52,355 nucleotides of DNA from a virus. Lineage: Duplodnaviria > Caudoviricetes. Positions 51,518 to 52,355 of this stretch are shown piece by piece. Location: the IMG/VR virus record IMGVR_UViG_3300020183_000108, positions 1 to 52,355 of that record, one strand, 5' to 3'. The notes below the pieces were generated by a model. It ran no database searches. It was not told where the DNA came from and was given only the letters and a program-made list of their open reading frames with translations. Numbering within the stretch: the stretch's first letter is position 1; each line of letters opens with the position of its first letter. The position numbers and the translations under genes are program-made.

Positions 51518-52355
51518 ATGTCAACATTAGCAGCCACCAACCTCAAACACGCATCATCTGCCAGCAACAACATCGTGCTGGATAGCAGCGGCAACGCGAC
51601 CTTCGCTGGCACTGCGGTGCCTGCGAGCAGCTTCCTGCGGAACCGCATCATTAACGGCGACATGCGGATCGACCAAAGGAATGCTGGGGCGAGTGCAGGC
51701 ACGTCATCAGGCACTTTTACTTATTTTCTTGACCGATGGGTGGGGAGTTACACTCAGACTTCAAAATTCACTGTTCAGCAAAACTCAGGCGCTGTAACGC
51801 CGCCTGCTGGTTTTTCAAACTACCTTGGCATTACGTCTTCATCTGCATATTCTGTCGTATCGAGTGATACTTTCAATATGCAGCAACCCATTGAGGGTTT
51901 TAATATTGCTGATTTAGGTTTTGGCGCTGCTAGCGCTCAACCCGTTACTGTTTCATTTTGGGTGCGTTCAAGTTTGACTGGAACCTTTGGTGGCGCTGCT
52001 TGCAATTCAAACCTGACCCGTTCTTATCCGTTCACATTCACGATCAGCGCCGCCAACACTTGGGAATATAAGACCGTAACTATTGCTGGCGACACTTCAG
52101 GAACATGGGTAACAAACAACGGAGTTGGTCTGCGTTTGTATTTCAACCTTGGGGCAGGGACTACATATAGCGGCACTGCTGGCTCTTGGTACGGGACAAA
52201 CTACCAATCAGCCACAGGCGCAACCAGCGTAGTTGGCACCAATGGCGCGACCTTCTACCTGACCGGCGTCCAACTCGAAGTCGGCACTGCGGCCACGCCG
52301 TTTGAGCGGAGGCAGTTCGGGCAGGAACTGTACCTTTGTCAGCGGTATTATGCTG
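51518..52355 (+). CDS. Tail fibre / receptor-binding protein, runs off the window end
   Basis: RNRIINGDMRIDQRNAG, LDRW, QPIEG, VSFWVRSS and QLEVGTAATPFE...LCQRYY. No stop seen before 52355. Confidence 0.85.
   Translation, partial: MSTLAATNLKHASSASNNIVLDSSGNATFAGTAVPASSFLRNRIINGDMRIDQRNAGASAGTSSGTFTYFLDRWVGSYTQTSKFTVQQNSGAVTPPAGFSNYLGITSSSAYSVVSSDTFNMQQPIEGFNIADLGFGAASAQPVTVSFWVRSSLTGTFGGAACNSNLTRSYPFTFTISAANTWEYKTVTIAGDTSGTWVTNNGVGLRLYFNLGAGTTYSGTAGSWYGTNYQSATGATSVVGTNGATFYLTGVQLEVGTAATPFERRQFGQELYLCQRYYA

Noticed and set aside
51518-52355. Diversity-generating retroelement targeting the tail fibre
   Set aside because: No reverse transcriptase and no template/variable repeat pair seen.
1-52355. 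Integrase, RNA polymerase, tRNA genes, spanins, introns/inteins
   Set aside because: None recognised by eye, and PolA, TerL and the helicases are of normal length. tRNAscan and HMM searches would be needed to exclude them fully.

Overview
This window looks like an essentially complete, circularly permuted genome of a ~52 kb short-tailed (podovirus-like) dsDNA phage. It has two arms. The + strand late arm starts at 36448: terminase, portal, scaffold, major capsid, adaptors and tail fibres. It wraps through the window end into the lysis genes, tail nozzle, ejection proteins and a 2513-aa polyvalent protein (ends 15982). The - strand early/replication arm runs from 36155 down to 15984. It holds a Cys-repeat protein, an M28 peptidase, a MoxR ATPase, a DUF3150-like protein, a vWA-metallopeptidase, HTH regulators, PolA (Leu762), dCMP deaminase, a Cas4-like nuclease, VRR-NUC, SNF2 helicase, SSB and an AEP primase-DUF927 helicase. 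An AT-rich origin-like region (about 34850-35440) carries 10 AATCTA repeats, IHF-like sites and two perfect DnaA boxes. I saw no integrase, RNA polymerase, tRNA, CRISPR array or reverse transcriptase. The host is probably an alphaproteobacterium (inference from GANTC usage). The most notable signals are: a small basic phage gene nested in the +1 frame of the giant ejection gene; a probable promoter-bounded anti-Shine-Dalgarno sRNA after terL; the first-expressed peptidase/MoxR/vWA operon; and a shared xxGG motif across virion proteins. All family assignments come from recognising motifs by eye, not from database searches.
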